From: Neophaeotheca triangularis
Taxonomy: Eukaryota
Length of the DNA: 64,000 nucleotides
NCBI GenBank assembly: GCA_054600435.1
Contig: BAAIJX010000001.1
Coordinates: forward strand, 186,001-250,000
Reading direction: 5' to 3'
A model generated the notes under the pieces. The model saw only the letters and a list, made by a program, of their open reading frames with translations. It did not search any database and was not told where the DNA came from. A program made the translations under genes and the position numbers. Below are positions 35,528 to 46,888 of the stretch, piece by piece. Positions within the stretch are counted from its first letter, which is position 1, and each line of letters begins with the position of its first letter.

Positions 35528-36547
35528 ATGGACGAACGTCTTTTCGAGAGAATACAGTCACTGGGTGACCTCGAGCTGGCCGTCCTTCTGTCCCTTGCAT
35601 CTGAGCAGCACTGCATCGTGTCCGGCGAGCAACAAGACCTTCCGGACCTCCAGGAAGAACTGCGAATAATCAGTACCAAAGTCCTAGGCTTGCACACAGC
35701 ATCTGTGCAGTGTACGGCCGAAACAACCGTCGACAAATTCAATGAGTCTATCCTGCTAGACCGCCAGAGCGATGGCCACGGTGGCGAACCCACAGATCAC
35801 CACTTCAACTTTGCGAAGCCCGACTTTACGGCCGATTTCTCTCTGCGACAGGAGGCCTATGGCGGTATAGGCACTGGCCTAGACGAACGCCGAGTGGCCG
35901 ACGTGATTATCGTGCGGGATCTCGACCTGGCTAGCGAGATTGTGCAAGCTCAAGTGGTGGAACTCATCAGGACCAAGCGTGTCTTTACACGCACCGCCAT
36001 GCACAGCGCACCAAAGGACATTGTGATCATCGCAATCACATCCTCGGCTCGGCCGAGACTTATGCTACATCTCCACGATCAGTTTGGTTTCTCTCACTAC
36101 CACGACCCTGAGGATGGCTATCCTAGACTAGATGACCTTGGCGAGCCACAGAAGCCGATCTTTAGCACGGAAGATATCAATACTCTCCGAACTCTGACCA
36201 AGACCGTCGACTTTACCGTTGAAATGGCATCTTACTTGCACGACATTGTGGTCTTCCTTCGTCTGTCCCGCTTCGTCAAGGGTGGTGTGACAGGCACTGC
36301 AACCCGACAGTTGCGTATCGTAACAGCTGCGCTTGCGCCCTTGCATGGACTGACGTACGTGACCCCTAGTATCGTCTCGCTGGCGGCTAGGAAGGTCTAT
36401 CTACATCGATTGGTCTTGGCTACAGCGGAGACGGAAAGGAGTTTACAGTGGGGAAGCGATCCGGAAGCCGTGCGAGAGATGCTGAAGGGCATTGGACCGG
36501 AAGAAGTTATTCAGGATACTATCGGACGGGTCGAAACCCCTCTTTGA
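35528..36547 (+). CDS. Conserved fungal protein with degenerate MoxR/ChlI-like AAA fold (Mtc2-like)
   Basis: Intronless ~339 aa. LGDLELAVLLSLASEQHCI, YLHDIVVFLRLSRFVKGGV, YVTPSIVSLAARKVYLHRL and ERSLQWGSD resemble the AAA-lid region; no intact Walker A. Confidence 0.65.
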   Translation: MDERLFERIQSLGDLELAVLLSLASEQHCIVSGEQQDLPDLQEELRIISTKVLGLHTASVQCTAETTVDKFNESILLDRQSDGHGGEPTDHHFNFAKPDFTADFSLRQEAYGGIGTGLDERRVADVIIVRDLDLASEIVQAQVVELIRTKRVFTRTAMHSAPKDIVIIAITSSARPRLMLHLHDQFGFSHYHDPEDGYPRLDDLGEPQKPIFSTEDINTLRTLTKTVDFTVEMASYLHDIVVFLRLSRFVKGGVTGTATRQLRIVTAALAPLHGLTYVTPSIVSLAARKVYLHRLVLATAETERSLQWGSDPEAVREMLKGIGPEEVIQDTIGRVETPL

Positions 36548-37566
36548 GAAGTTGTATTTGGGTGGTCCAGAAAGCAGCTGGAAAGCCACAAGAAGAAACG
36601 CTCAGTGATCATGGTTGTGCAAGCTGTTTTCGAAGGTTATGGCAAATAGCCGCACATGGACTACAGAAGACCCGTCCCGAGAGTCGTCCCGGCAAAAGGC
36701 TTGCTGCGCGCTTTAGGCGGTAGGAGACGAATGCCACTGCACCGACGGTAAGGACTAGCGTCGTACGTTGTAATCGAAATATAAACAGGGGGAACAGTTA
36801 TCGGGAATATTAGCCTTTCGATGCCGGGGATGTGAGAAGCCTGGAAGGAAACGGACAATCATAAATGGGTGAATAGAAAAGAGCAGCCAACAAGTCAAAC
36901 ATCAAATTTAAAGGCAACATATTGTCATATACCTAGGTACAGTACATGCCCTCTGCCAGTGTGCGCAACAACAGTAGTAAACAATGTTAAGTTACAATAG
37001 GAGTAACTTATGTAACAAGTAAAGGGCCAGATTCAATTGGCTTGCGTTGTTCCCCACAGCCCGCGTTTCTGAACGAACCCTCGACATTACTTACTATTCA
37101 TTCATTACCTTACCTATATACCTAACAGATAGCTAGTTATGGATGGCCTCGCTTCGGGAACAAGCAAAACAAAGTGGCGCTTAGTTTCGGTGCTTGTTAT
37201 GGTCTTCGTTCGGCTCTCCTCTCAATCTCAATCAATCTCATGATTCTGCACCTAATATTATGTTAATACCCATCAAGAATTTGATCGTCAGACTACGCCA
37301 CCGCTGCCCCTGCTGCAATGCATCGTCGTTGAAGCCATCATTTCATTATTAACCTTTCCACTTCCCCCCCTTCTTTCCTTACCCCCTCACATGCCGCCCG
37401 TTGCACTATCAAACGCTGTTTCCACCAGCAAACATTACATAGTATCTCCCATCACCCGACGCCCGACCACCCTCGTCGAGCCCGCGCCCTCTCCGTCTTG
37501 CAAATGTGACAAGCTCACCCTTGACAAGACAATACCAACAACCTGCAGACATCTAAGCCGGCTAGC

Positions 37567-39018
37567 ATGGCGGGAACCATGTCCGCTACTGAAGCCCGCT
37601 CTATCGTAAGCGCCGGTCTCAAGATATCCCCGCCGCCGCCTACTACCGCTGCTACACCGGCATCTGTTAGCAACATCCAGCGGAATGAGCGCCTAGCTAT
37701 CGATACTTTCTCCCCCGTGAACCAGAACGGCAGCTTCGAATTCGACCGCATCATCAAGCAAGGCGAAGTGCTCAAGCGCACGAGGAAGACAAAGGCTTGG
37801 AAGTCTATATACATCGTGCTACGGCCAAATCTACTCTCAATCTACCGCGACAGTTCAGAGTCCAAGCTACGGCACCAGATCAATCTTTCAGACCTCACGG
37901 CCGTCGCGCGGCAAAAGGATCCCAAGCGTAAGAGCAAGCAGGTCTTTGGGTTGTTTTCGCCTAGCAGGAATTGGCATCTCGAGGCGCCTTCAGAGGCTGA
38001 AGCCCAGATATGGGTGGAGGTCATACGGCGGGAAGCAAGGATAGATGAGGAGGGAAACGATTTCACGTTGAAGAGTCCAGGTGGCATGACCGAGAGCAGG
38101 TTCCAGGGATTCGAGCGAGATCCAGGTGTCGGAGAGTTAGTCCACGAAGACAGAGGCGGTTATAGCTCCTCGGATGTAGAGGCAATGCATTACCCGCCTC
38201 CGCGAACGAGGCGAGACCGCGGGAATAAAAACTACAGCATGCGCAGGCCCAGCCATACGCTGACACTCGACTACTCTGGCGCCGAGGCGGGATCATATTC
38301 CGACTTCTCAGACTCCGCAGCGCCAGCCACAGCACGCATGAGCGCGCTCAGCCTGCCCTTTACAGATTCGGGCCGGCCTTCAACAAGCAGTGCACAAAAC
38401 CCGCCCAACTCTCAGCACCACCAGCCTTCCATATACGGTGCTTCACCCATGGCGAGACCAACAACAATAACCCCAGCACTGGCCCGAACCACCAGCGAAA
38501 CCTCGAATCTCGCTCTCGAAAACGGCCCTTCAATCCACGACTACGCGACGCAACAGCCGCAACCCGCACCGACGCCCTCCCCCAGACCCCCAGCCGACCC
38601 CCCCGAACGCGTAGTCCACCAATCCTGGCTCTACCTCCTCAAATCCAAAAACCGCATTCGCCAATGGAAAAAAGTCTGGATGGTACTGCGACCTCGCGCG
38701 CTCGCCCTCTACAAGAACGAAGAAGAGTACACAGCCTTGCTCATCGTGCCTTTCGAGACCATCATCGACGTCGTGGAAATCAACCCCATCAGCAGGAGCA
38801 AGAAGTACTGCATGCAGGTCCTGAGCGAGGAGCGGAATTATCGGTTTTGCGCCTTGGATGAAGAAGGCCTGGAGAGGTGGTTGGGTGGGTTTAAGAGTTT
38901 GTTGAGTAAGCGGAAGAATGCTGCTGCAGGAGGAGGAGGTGGTGGTGGTGGTAATAATAACGGTGCCGTGGCTGCGGCTGCTGGAGTTGTGCCTACGACT
39001 CATGTCGAGGCGGCTTGA
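37567..39018 (+). CDS. OPY1: Dual PH-domain protein (Opy1-like)
   Basis: FSPVNQNGSFEFDRIIKQGEVLKRTRKTKAWK (PH1) and WKKVWMVLRPRALALYKNEEEY (PH2). A possible extra 5' exon lies at 37391-37441. Confidence 0.75.
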   Translation: MAGTMSATEARSIVSAGLKISPPPPTTAATPASVSNIQRNERLAIDTFSPVNQNGSFEFDRIIKQGEVLKRTRKTKAWKSIYIVLRPNLLSIYRDSSESKLRHQINLSDLTAVARQKDPKRKSKQVFGLFSPSRNWHLEAPSEAEAQIWVEVIRREARIDEEGNDFTLKSPGGMTESRFQGFERDPGVGELVHEDRGGYSSSDVEAMHYPPPRTRRDRGNKNYSMRRPSHTLTLDYSGAEAGSYSDFSDSAAPATARMSALSLPFTDSGRPSTSSAQNPPNSQHHQPSIYGASPMARPTTITPALARTTSETSNLALENGPSIHDYATQQPQPAPTPSPRPPADPPERVVHQSWLYLLKSKNRIRQWKKVWMVLRPRALALYKNEEEYTALLIVPFETIIDVVEINPISRSKKYCMQVLSEERNYRFCALDEEGLERWLGGFKSLLSKRKNAAAGGGGGGGGNNNGAVAAAAGVVPTTHVEAA

Positions 39019-39402
39019 TCTTGAAATTATACCCATGGGATTGGATTGGAACCGGGAGGCGCGAGCTGGCTGCTTGGGTTTGGTACAGCAGGCCTGATGT
39101 GATGCGCCATGTAACTATGACCCTAATGTCTTACGATGGATATTTGACCATTGATTATTGCTATTCAGAACTCGGAAGAGGTTATTCCAACTGCACGGGC
39201 GGGGCTATGGTTTCTAGCCGTGTCCAATATCCTATATCATTTGCACTAACAGTCAATCGTAATGGAGGCTTCCAAAAGTCTAGCTCACTAACGGTAAAGC
39301 AGCGATGAATACCAAACCCGCGCTGTCACACAGACAACCTCAAACATCTCAGGAATCTCGATCCACGGCCACAAACCCCCCTGACTCAGCACATCAAAAC
39401 GG

Positions 39403-40575
39403 CTAGTACAGCCCAAAATCCCTCTTCACCGTCCTCCCCTGCGCCTTCAAACCCACCTTGAACAGCCTATACTCATTAAAAATATACATCCCCCCGGGCA
39501 CAAACGCAAAATTCGCCGCACCACCCTCCACGGCAAACTTCCCCAACAAAACCCCCTCGGGATTCCAAACCGCCACTCCATCGCCAACACCACTATACAC
39601 ATTCCCCTCAGTATCGGTGTGAATGCCATCGGGCAGCCCATTATCTGCGTAAGCAAAAAGCTCGCGGTTGCGCAAGCGCTTGCCGTCCTCGGTCATGTCG
39701 AAACGGTAGATAGTCGCGGGGTCGGTGAGGTTGTCCTTGTTGGGGAAAGTGTGCTGGCCCGTGTCGGTGACGTAGAGGTGTTTGAAATCGGGGGAGAACT
39801 CGATGCCGTTGGGGGCGAGGAAGTCGTCGGCGACGGCTTGGACGACGCCCGTGGTGGGTGAGAAGCGGTAGACTTGCGGTCGGATGACGGGTTCTGGCCG
39901 GAAGTATTGCCAGTAGCCGTAGCGGGCGTCGGTGAACCAGAGGTCGCCGGTTGAGGGGTTTTGGACAATGTCGTTGATGCTGCTGAAGTTGCGGCCGAGG
40001 AAGTTGTTGAGGAGGACGCGCGAGCTGTTGGTTGCGGGGTCGACGAGGACGAGTTGGGATGGGTGCGTGAGGTCGCCTTCGTCGCAGAAGACGATTTGTT
40101 GGCCCGCGCTGCTGCTCGGGGGGGTTCCGGCTGGGTAGAAAGCGGTGCCACCGTTGGATTCATGGAGGTCTGGGTAGCGGAGGGAGGTGATTGAGTTGTT
40201 GTTGTTGTTGTTGATGTCGATGGCTGTCACGTTGATGGGATTGTCGAAGCTGCCGTTCCAGTTGCTGGAGACATAACTGTTGCAAGGGTGTTAGTGGTGG
40301 TTTGGATGCGTGAGTGGTATTGGTATTTAGGTATCCGGCCCTTACAGCTGACCAGTGGCGATGTTGTAGACGCCGGCTTCGTGGAAGGCCTCCCAGGACT
40401 TCTCTGTGACGAGCTCTTGAGAGACATTGGGGCCTAGGATGTCGTTGACGAAGCTATCATTGTAACTGATGAATGAGACATGATCGGTAGAAGCATCGAC
40501 GACGGATTGTAGCTGGTTTGCGTATGGAATGCTTGATGCCAGACCCAGGAGGTCGACGTAGGTAAGATTCACCAT
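39403..40575 (-). CDS. SMP-30/gluconolactonase/LRE-family lactonohydrolase
   Basis: Two exons (intron about 40345-40277). AFHEAGVY, NFSSINDIV, LWFTD, PNGIEFSPD and GLPDGIHTDTEGNVY motifs. Confidence 0.88.
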
Positions 40576-41321
40576 GTTGACTTGGGCTACGATGTATATC
40601 TACTCGAGGCGGTCGATAATTCCTGCGTGTGCGACGACGGCGGTCATATACTGAACCCTACTGCCGCCTCGATACACGGACAGCGAAGTCGATCCCGGTG
40701 CTGATGGAGCTTCCAACGTCATCCAACTCCGCAAATTGAACATCTCCGCCATTTGCCGTATGGGCATCGCTGTAATCCTATGGATGCTGTGGAGACGACT
40801 TTTTAGACTGGGTATTATCGCGGGAGTTGTGGGGGTTCCAAGGTTGCGATGAAGATCACAAGCACGTTTGACAAGCATTAAGGCCAAGACATCCATGGAT
40901 GAAACAGGTGAAGCCTTGACGACTATCAAGCACTTGAACAGACTTCCACTGAGTAAGGTATCTCACATTTCCAGCATGATAAGATGCTGGCTTGCATGTG
41001 AAATCAATATCGCAACCTAGCCGCTTTCATCGACAATCTTGACGGTGTTGGCCGATGCCTTTCCAACCTGCAGCATTTTCCGGACACGACATCCAAGGCG
41101 AGCATGACCAAATTTCTCGCTACACATACCGTCTCTCTGTCCTCGCTGTCGATCTCTTCGTCTGAGCCATGTCATTGGCGCTCCCTCTAAATGTTCGCTC
41201 AGCAAGCTCAAGAAATCGTAACCCAAATGGCCCCAAGGCAGGAGGTACAGTGCATCGAGAAGATAATACCTCGCAGCGCCCATCTGGACGCCCTTGCCCA
41301 GCCTGCGATGCCGAGACTCGC

Positions 41322-42598
41322 TCAGCACCCCAGCTGATCCACCTCGCTCAAGTGGCGATGCAAACTCTTTACATCGTGTCTCTTGCACATGGGGAAAGCA
41401 TTGTCGAAGAGAGCTTTGGCAGACGCGACATTGTCCTCCCAGTCCCAGCTACATATACCGGAGCATAGCAGCGGGCTACCGTCCCTTGGTGGCAGGACAG
41501 CTGGTGTCGGGACTGCCGCCGGCATTTTCCCTCTAGTCACAGTGGCGCGGCTCAAAATGGTTGTGGTGGTGGCTTGGAGGCAACGCCCGGTCTCGACACT
41601 TGTTCCCGTGGCCGTGCATGAGATTCCAGTGGCCACTCTTTTGACTCCCATACGTTGATAGCAGCTCGTTGTCGTGTGAGTGACGGTCATCATGTCCTGT
41701 TGAAGGCAGGCAAGGTCGTCGGGGCTGATTGACATTGCACCCCTGGCGTCTTTTCTGAGACGGCCGAAGGACCGTGTCGCCGGAGTGGCGGTATAAGTGG
41801 TTGGTTCGGTTCCAGAAAACACTTTGAACTTGTCGGTGCTGGGCACTCTTGGTCTTCCAATTTGCCCGGCATAGTACTGTCTCACGGGAAGCTTGGGTTT
41901 CTGCGACTCTGTGTCGCTTTGGAGGTATATCTTGTCCGCTTTAGATCCATCATAGAAGTCGCCCTCGTATGGCGAGTTACTTTCGCCCGACATCATGTCA
42001 TCTTGATCGTCGGGACTGACTGTGACATGCTTTGGACCTTTGAAACATGACCCACCTGCCTTGGAAGCTGGAGCGAGGGGTCGGGCAGCATTGGTGCCTG
42101 ATGTTTCATTCTGGTCATCTGGGCTGACTCCGACGCTCTTCGGGCTTTGTTTTCCACCAGCCGTAGAAGCCACTTTCGAAGTCTCTATTGCGACCGGGCT
42201 AGGGCGCGGCGCCAACACCTCCCTCTTGACCTGAACGGGCGAGGGTTTCTTATCGAGCTGCGGTGGTCGGAAAGCGCCGTCATCTTGCTCCCCATCTACC
42301 GCCAAGTCCTGATTGTCGGCTCCAAGTTTCTTGGGATTTTCCGAAAACATGTTGACATTGGTAGGGATTTCGGCTCCGGTCAAGGCTGGCTTGGCAACGC
42401 TGACCGCAGTGTTGGTGTTGAGTTCCTCGCTGTTTTTTTGAGGTAGCCAGCAGTCTCGGCTTTGGTGCCATGGCTCAATGAAGACGCGATCCCGGTATTG
42501 GTAGCATTGACGGTGTTGACGGTCTTGCCGTAGCCTGCGCCACCATACGTCGCATCAGCAAGGCCAGCTAGCGCGACGAGCCATTTGACAAGATGCAT
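41322..42598 (-). pseudogene. Orphan secreted Ser/Thr/Pro-rich protein gene with a frameshift (pseudogene or sequencing error)
   Basis: Signal-peptide-like MHLVKWLVALAGLADA frame is out of phase with the 353-aa downstream ORF; adding one A in the A7 run (plus-strand T7 at 42433-42439) fuses them. Internal SPDD motif occurs three times. Confidence 0.45.
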
Positions 42599-44217
42599 GA
42601 TTGATCGCAGGTGTTGTCGTTGAGGATCTCGGGATATCCGCGAAAGATCGCTTAGGAAGATGCCGAGTACTGGTGAATAATGCTCTGCCAAGTAGATCAG
42701 TCGTTGATGGTGTGTAGATGCTGGTTAAGACCTACTGTGGCACTGAAGCTGAACTATCTTTCTTGGTTGGCGGAGGAAGGTGATACTAACCCATCTGATC
42801 AATGCCACGTAGTACCAGTGCTGCTGGCTCTGGCCAGCAAATACTTCTCCTACCACGTGCTGCAGCCTGCTCAAAAGCAGTTGAGAAACGTGCCAGCTTT
42901 CGTGGAATAACTGGGCTCCTTAAACCCAAACAACATATACAACATTTGCAGAAAGATTTGTAAGCTTTGGCTCCAAACTTCGGTGACCGGATTGAAAAAA
43001 CACGAGGTAGTTGGGAGGGGTCGGGGTCAAGCCGTCAAACGCTTCCTCATGGTTAGCTGCCTCAAGTTTCGGCGTGAGTTCGATTCGCGCTGTCTCTGGA
43101 AAGTAAAGCCAGCCTGAATTCTTATTGGGTGTCTTTAAATGGTCTTTCTCCCTCAGTACTTAACGGGAAAGGAGGGTTCTTTTTGATATTTTTAATGTCG
43201 GTGTAGTCGTTAATTGTCTTTTTAGCGTTGTACAATACGTAAAATCAGCCGGTTGGGCAGGCAGGCATCGTGGATCAGTGTCTCCTATTATGCACAGGGG
43301 ACACATCCGGCGCATACCGGATTATCACATCTAGTAGAGAAACTTCACCACGTGCAAAGTTGTCACTCTCTCGCTCCGGCAGACTCGCAGTGCTCAAAGT
43401 ATTTCTACTATCGGCATGCCGACATAGATCGCTGTATGGTCCAGCAGTCGATAGTGTTAGTAGCCTAGTGTGGTCTGGTAGCATTCATCAGGGTTGGCTT
43501 GTTACGGTATGATGGGAGAGAAGGCACAGCTGGCTCAAACGTCGCGCGGTATCTATGGGTACAAGGCACAGCAGCATCAAACGAGAGTTGTAGCGCGTAC
43601 ACGTTCGCCTGCTAGGAAAGGTTGGTATATCAGTACGCATCATGGGAAGCAGGAGATGCGTCTCGAAGGTCGACACTTATTAGATAGATACGAATAGGAA
43701 TACACCAGTGGAACAAGAGAGCACTCGCAGCGATTTCAGCGTTCCTGGGTATCCCTTAGACTATACATAAAAGGTCGGCTCGAAGGAAGCCATCCGGGAG
43801 AAAGGCTATGTATCTAGAGGGCACAAGACAGGCCCTTCGTTCCTTTGTGGACTGGAGGGGGTATTCCGTGCTACTCCTGGAAGAAGAATGGCGTCTACAG
43901 GACTACAAAGAGTAATGCTAGCAGTGTGCTCGAAGATTAATCGTAAAGATAGACAAGGCTAGGGATGAGGTGAAGTCAAAGTAGCGCAGCTGGAACAACC
44001 TCGGTCAGTTACCCGATTGGGGGTGGAGCTCACTCCAGCGATGAGCACACATCTACTAGTCAGCAACATCGCTGGAGATTCCGTCAAGCACAATCACCCT
44101 TGCTCTCAGTTGACCCCATACCGTTTTAGCAGACCCCACGTACGATACTCATCCTTGACGGTGGGGAATATTTGCTGGATGCTAGCTACAAGCGCTTTTC
44201 AAAGCGCTGAAGCATGA

Positions 44218-46382
44218 ATGGCCTCGACAGATCGGCCAGCGCCTCAGACCGATGGCTCGTTTGATCGGCGCAACAAGCAATGGCTTCTACCGTCGGTTCG
44301 TGATTATGGCTATTAGCGGTCACGCGCCTAATAGCATTGACTAACTGAAGAACGTCGATAGAACTTCAGACTGCGAAACCTACACTCGCTTTCCCTCCGC
44401 AACCTATCCTTCAACCCTTCGTCTCCGACTCGACAACGCAGAGGCACTATCGACGATGATGCTCTGCCCAATTCCCTTGTCTCGCCTGCAAAGCTGGTAG
44501 CCTTGCGAGAGAAGAAAGCTCTAGGCCACTCGCGAAGCTCGAGCGACTTGCGCCGTGTGCCTGAGAATGCCGCGCAATCAGAATCGGAGTACACAGATCC
44601 ACAACGGGCCAACGGTGGTCTTAAAAGTAGCAAAGCTGCAGGAGAGAATGGTGGGCCCCGTACTCCGACAAGGCCATCGTTGGGGAAGATGCGGCGTAGA
44701 AGTACATTGGAGTGGGCAAACGCTAGCCCTCAGACAAGGCAGGAGAAGCTGGAGCAGGTAACGTCGGAGCGTTTGGCTGATGTCTTCTTCAGTCTCCACG
44801 TGGAGGGCGTCAAAGGTTGGTAGGTGCCGGCTGGGATGCAGCTCTAGGATTACATCGTGAGCTAACGATAGATTGCAGAGCCGGTCTACGTGAGCGAAGT
44901 CGCCGAAAAGACCATGAACCCCACATTCAGAGACGTAGACCTTGCATTGTGCCCGCCAGGGGTTACAAGGCTTGACGCTGTGACCGTCAGAATTTGGGCC
45001 AAGACATCAAGTAAGGAGCAGTGGAGATATTTACTCGAGCTCTCTATCTCAATGTCCGAGCTGCACTACGCGGGCAAAAGTGTAAGTGCAGAAGGAAAGC
45101 CTGGATTTTCAATTACAGCGCAGCTAACATGCTCAAGCTTGATCACATCGAACAAGCTTTGCCCGAGAATACCACTCTATTCCATATGCCTGACGGTGTT
45201 TACACTAGTCGTCGCTCGCTATCAGCCAACTCTGCTCGGCCAGCTCTAGGAGCGCCTGCACCGTCTAGCATTGTCCGTCCGCTGCCGACTTCTTCTTTTG
45301 ACGCTCTCTTGCGCCTTTCAAAGTTGGATGATAGCATCCAAGATGCCATCTCGATTCGTAACAAGATAGCTGCCGATCTCGAAGCTTTACTGGAAGCCAA
45401 CAATAATGCTCTTGTCGAGCGCGACCGTGTCTTGGAAGCCGAAGACAGGCTCACTACAATTGAGTACGCGAAGAAGACTGTCGAAAAGCAGCTCGAGAAG
45501 GCTCGAAGACAGCACAGCGAGAAGAAGGCCAGCCTTCGTTCACGGCGGAAGCTTGCCGCCTCCGATCTCGAGTTTAGACGCCAAGCCGCTGGAGCGATGC
45601 GCAAGTCTTCGGATGCTGATGAGCTACATACACTTAGCTCTTCTATCGTCATACGGCAAACAGCAGTTCATTCGCAACGGCGCAGGGTTGTGTCAGATCT
45701 CCAAAGCGTGTATTCGATCACACCGCTGGCGAATGAGCCTTTGAATTTTCGGATTCGTAATCTCCGGCTCCCGAATTCCGAAGACCTCGATAGCCAACCT
45801 CCAGAGAAAGTGGCGGGAGCCTTTGGATACGTTGCGCATCTTCTGCAGCTTTTGGCTTTCTATCTAGCGCAGCCACTCTTGTACCCCGTTACTCCACTAG
45901 GCAGTAGGAGTACTATCGAAGATCCCATCAGTCTTTTAAAAACGAATGCTTCGACCACGGCATCTTATCGAGACGATACAACTCTACGAACGTATCCGCT
46001 ATTCCCTCAGGGAGTGCCACGGTTTCGTTTCGAGTACGGCGTTTTCCTTCTCAACAAGAACATCCAAGTTCTACTTGAGGCGGCGTACGATGTGCGACCC
46101 ACTGTACTGCAAGACGTTCGCGCAACTCTGCCAAATCTCAAATATCTTTTATACGTCGCGACTGCGGGAGATGGCGAGCTTCCTGCCCGGAAGGCTGGTG
46201 GTGTCAAAGGTCTGCTTCGAGCCAACCAATACGGCGCAGCCTGCGATGGCGAAATACCAAATGGTAACGGACTTGACGCATTGTCAGATATGCACCGATC
46301 ACGTGGGAGAGGCAGTCACGGTAGCGCCGTGGAGAGTTTGAGGGGTGTCGCTGGCTTCAAGGGCAGAGGCAAGAAAACATGA
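44218..46382 (+). CDS. VPS38: UVRAG/Vps38 family subunit of PI3K complex II (Atg14/UVRAG coiled coil)
   Basis: Four exons (introns about 44296-44361, 44816-44878, 45082-45137). RLRNLHSLSLRNL, PVYVSEVAEKTMNPTF, YPLF...FRFEYGVFLLNKNI and TLPNLKYLLYVAT motifs. Confidence 0.85.
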
Positions 46383-46888
46383 TGGATCACGAAAAGCAGT
46401 CTGAGACATTCCGGCACTCGAACCTCAGCATTTCGTATACAGGTTGCGCATCTGAGCACACCTCAGTATGCTCAAGCCTACTCTATACCTTGAAATACAT
46501 ACAACAGTCTACCGCGCCCCTTTTCCCCCACAAAGAAACGTTCTCGACAATGCGATTGTCGGTCGAGGAAAAACGCTCTCCTTTGTTTAGTTCTTTGAGA
46601 CTTGGCATGTCGAGATGAAAGGCTTTGTCTACACAACGCTCTACTAGGAGTCGAATATGGCACTTTGGTGCTGCGCATGAACACCTTGCAGAGTGTTGTC
46701 GTTGGACTGGAAAGTATATCAGAACGCCATGGTGTTGCTACTTTCTTCCGGCCATCCTCCTCTCAACGCATCCAACAACAGAGCGTCGCTGTTGCTACAC
46801 AAGATACACTTACCACACAACCGGCATTACACCCTACCCTCAGCAACACCAGCAACAGTTGATCACACCCCTTCAGAGCACCAGCACC

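Noticed and set aside
42700..44200. Transposon relic in the gene-free stretch
   Set aside because: No terminal repeats, target-site duplication or transposase/RT motif seen in the frames I read.
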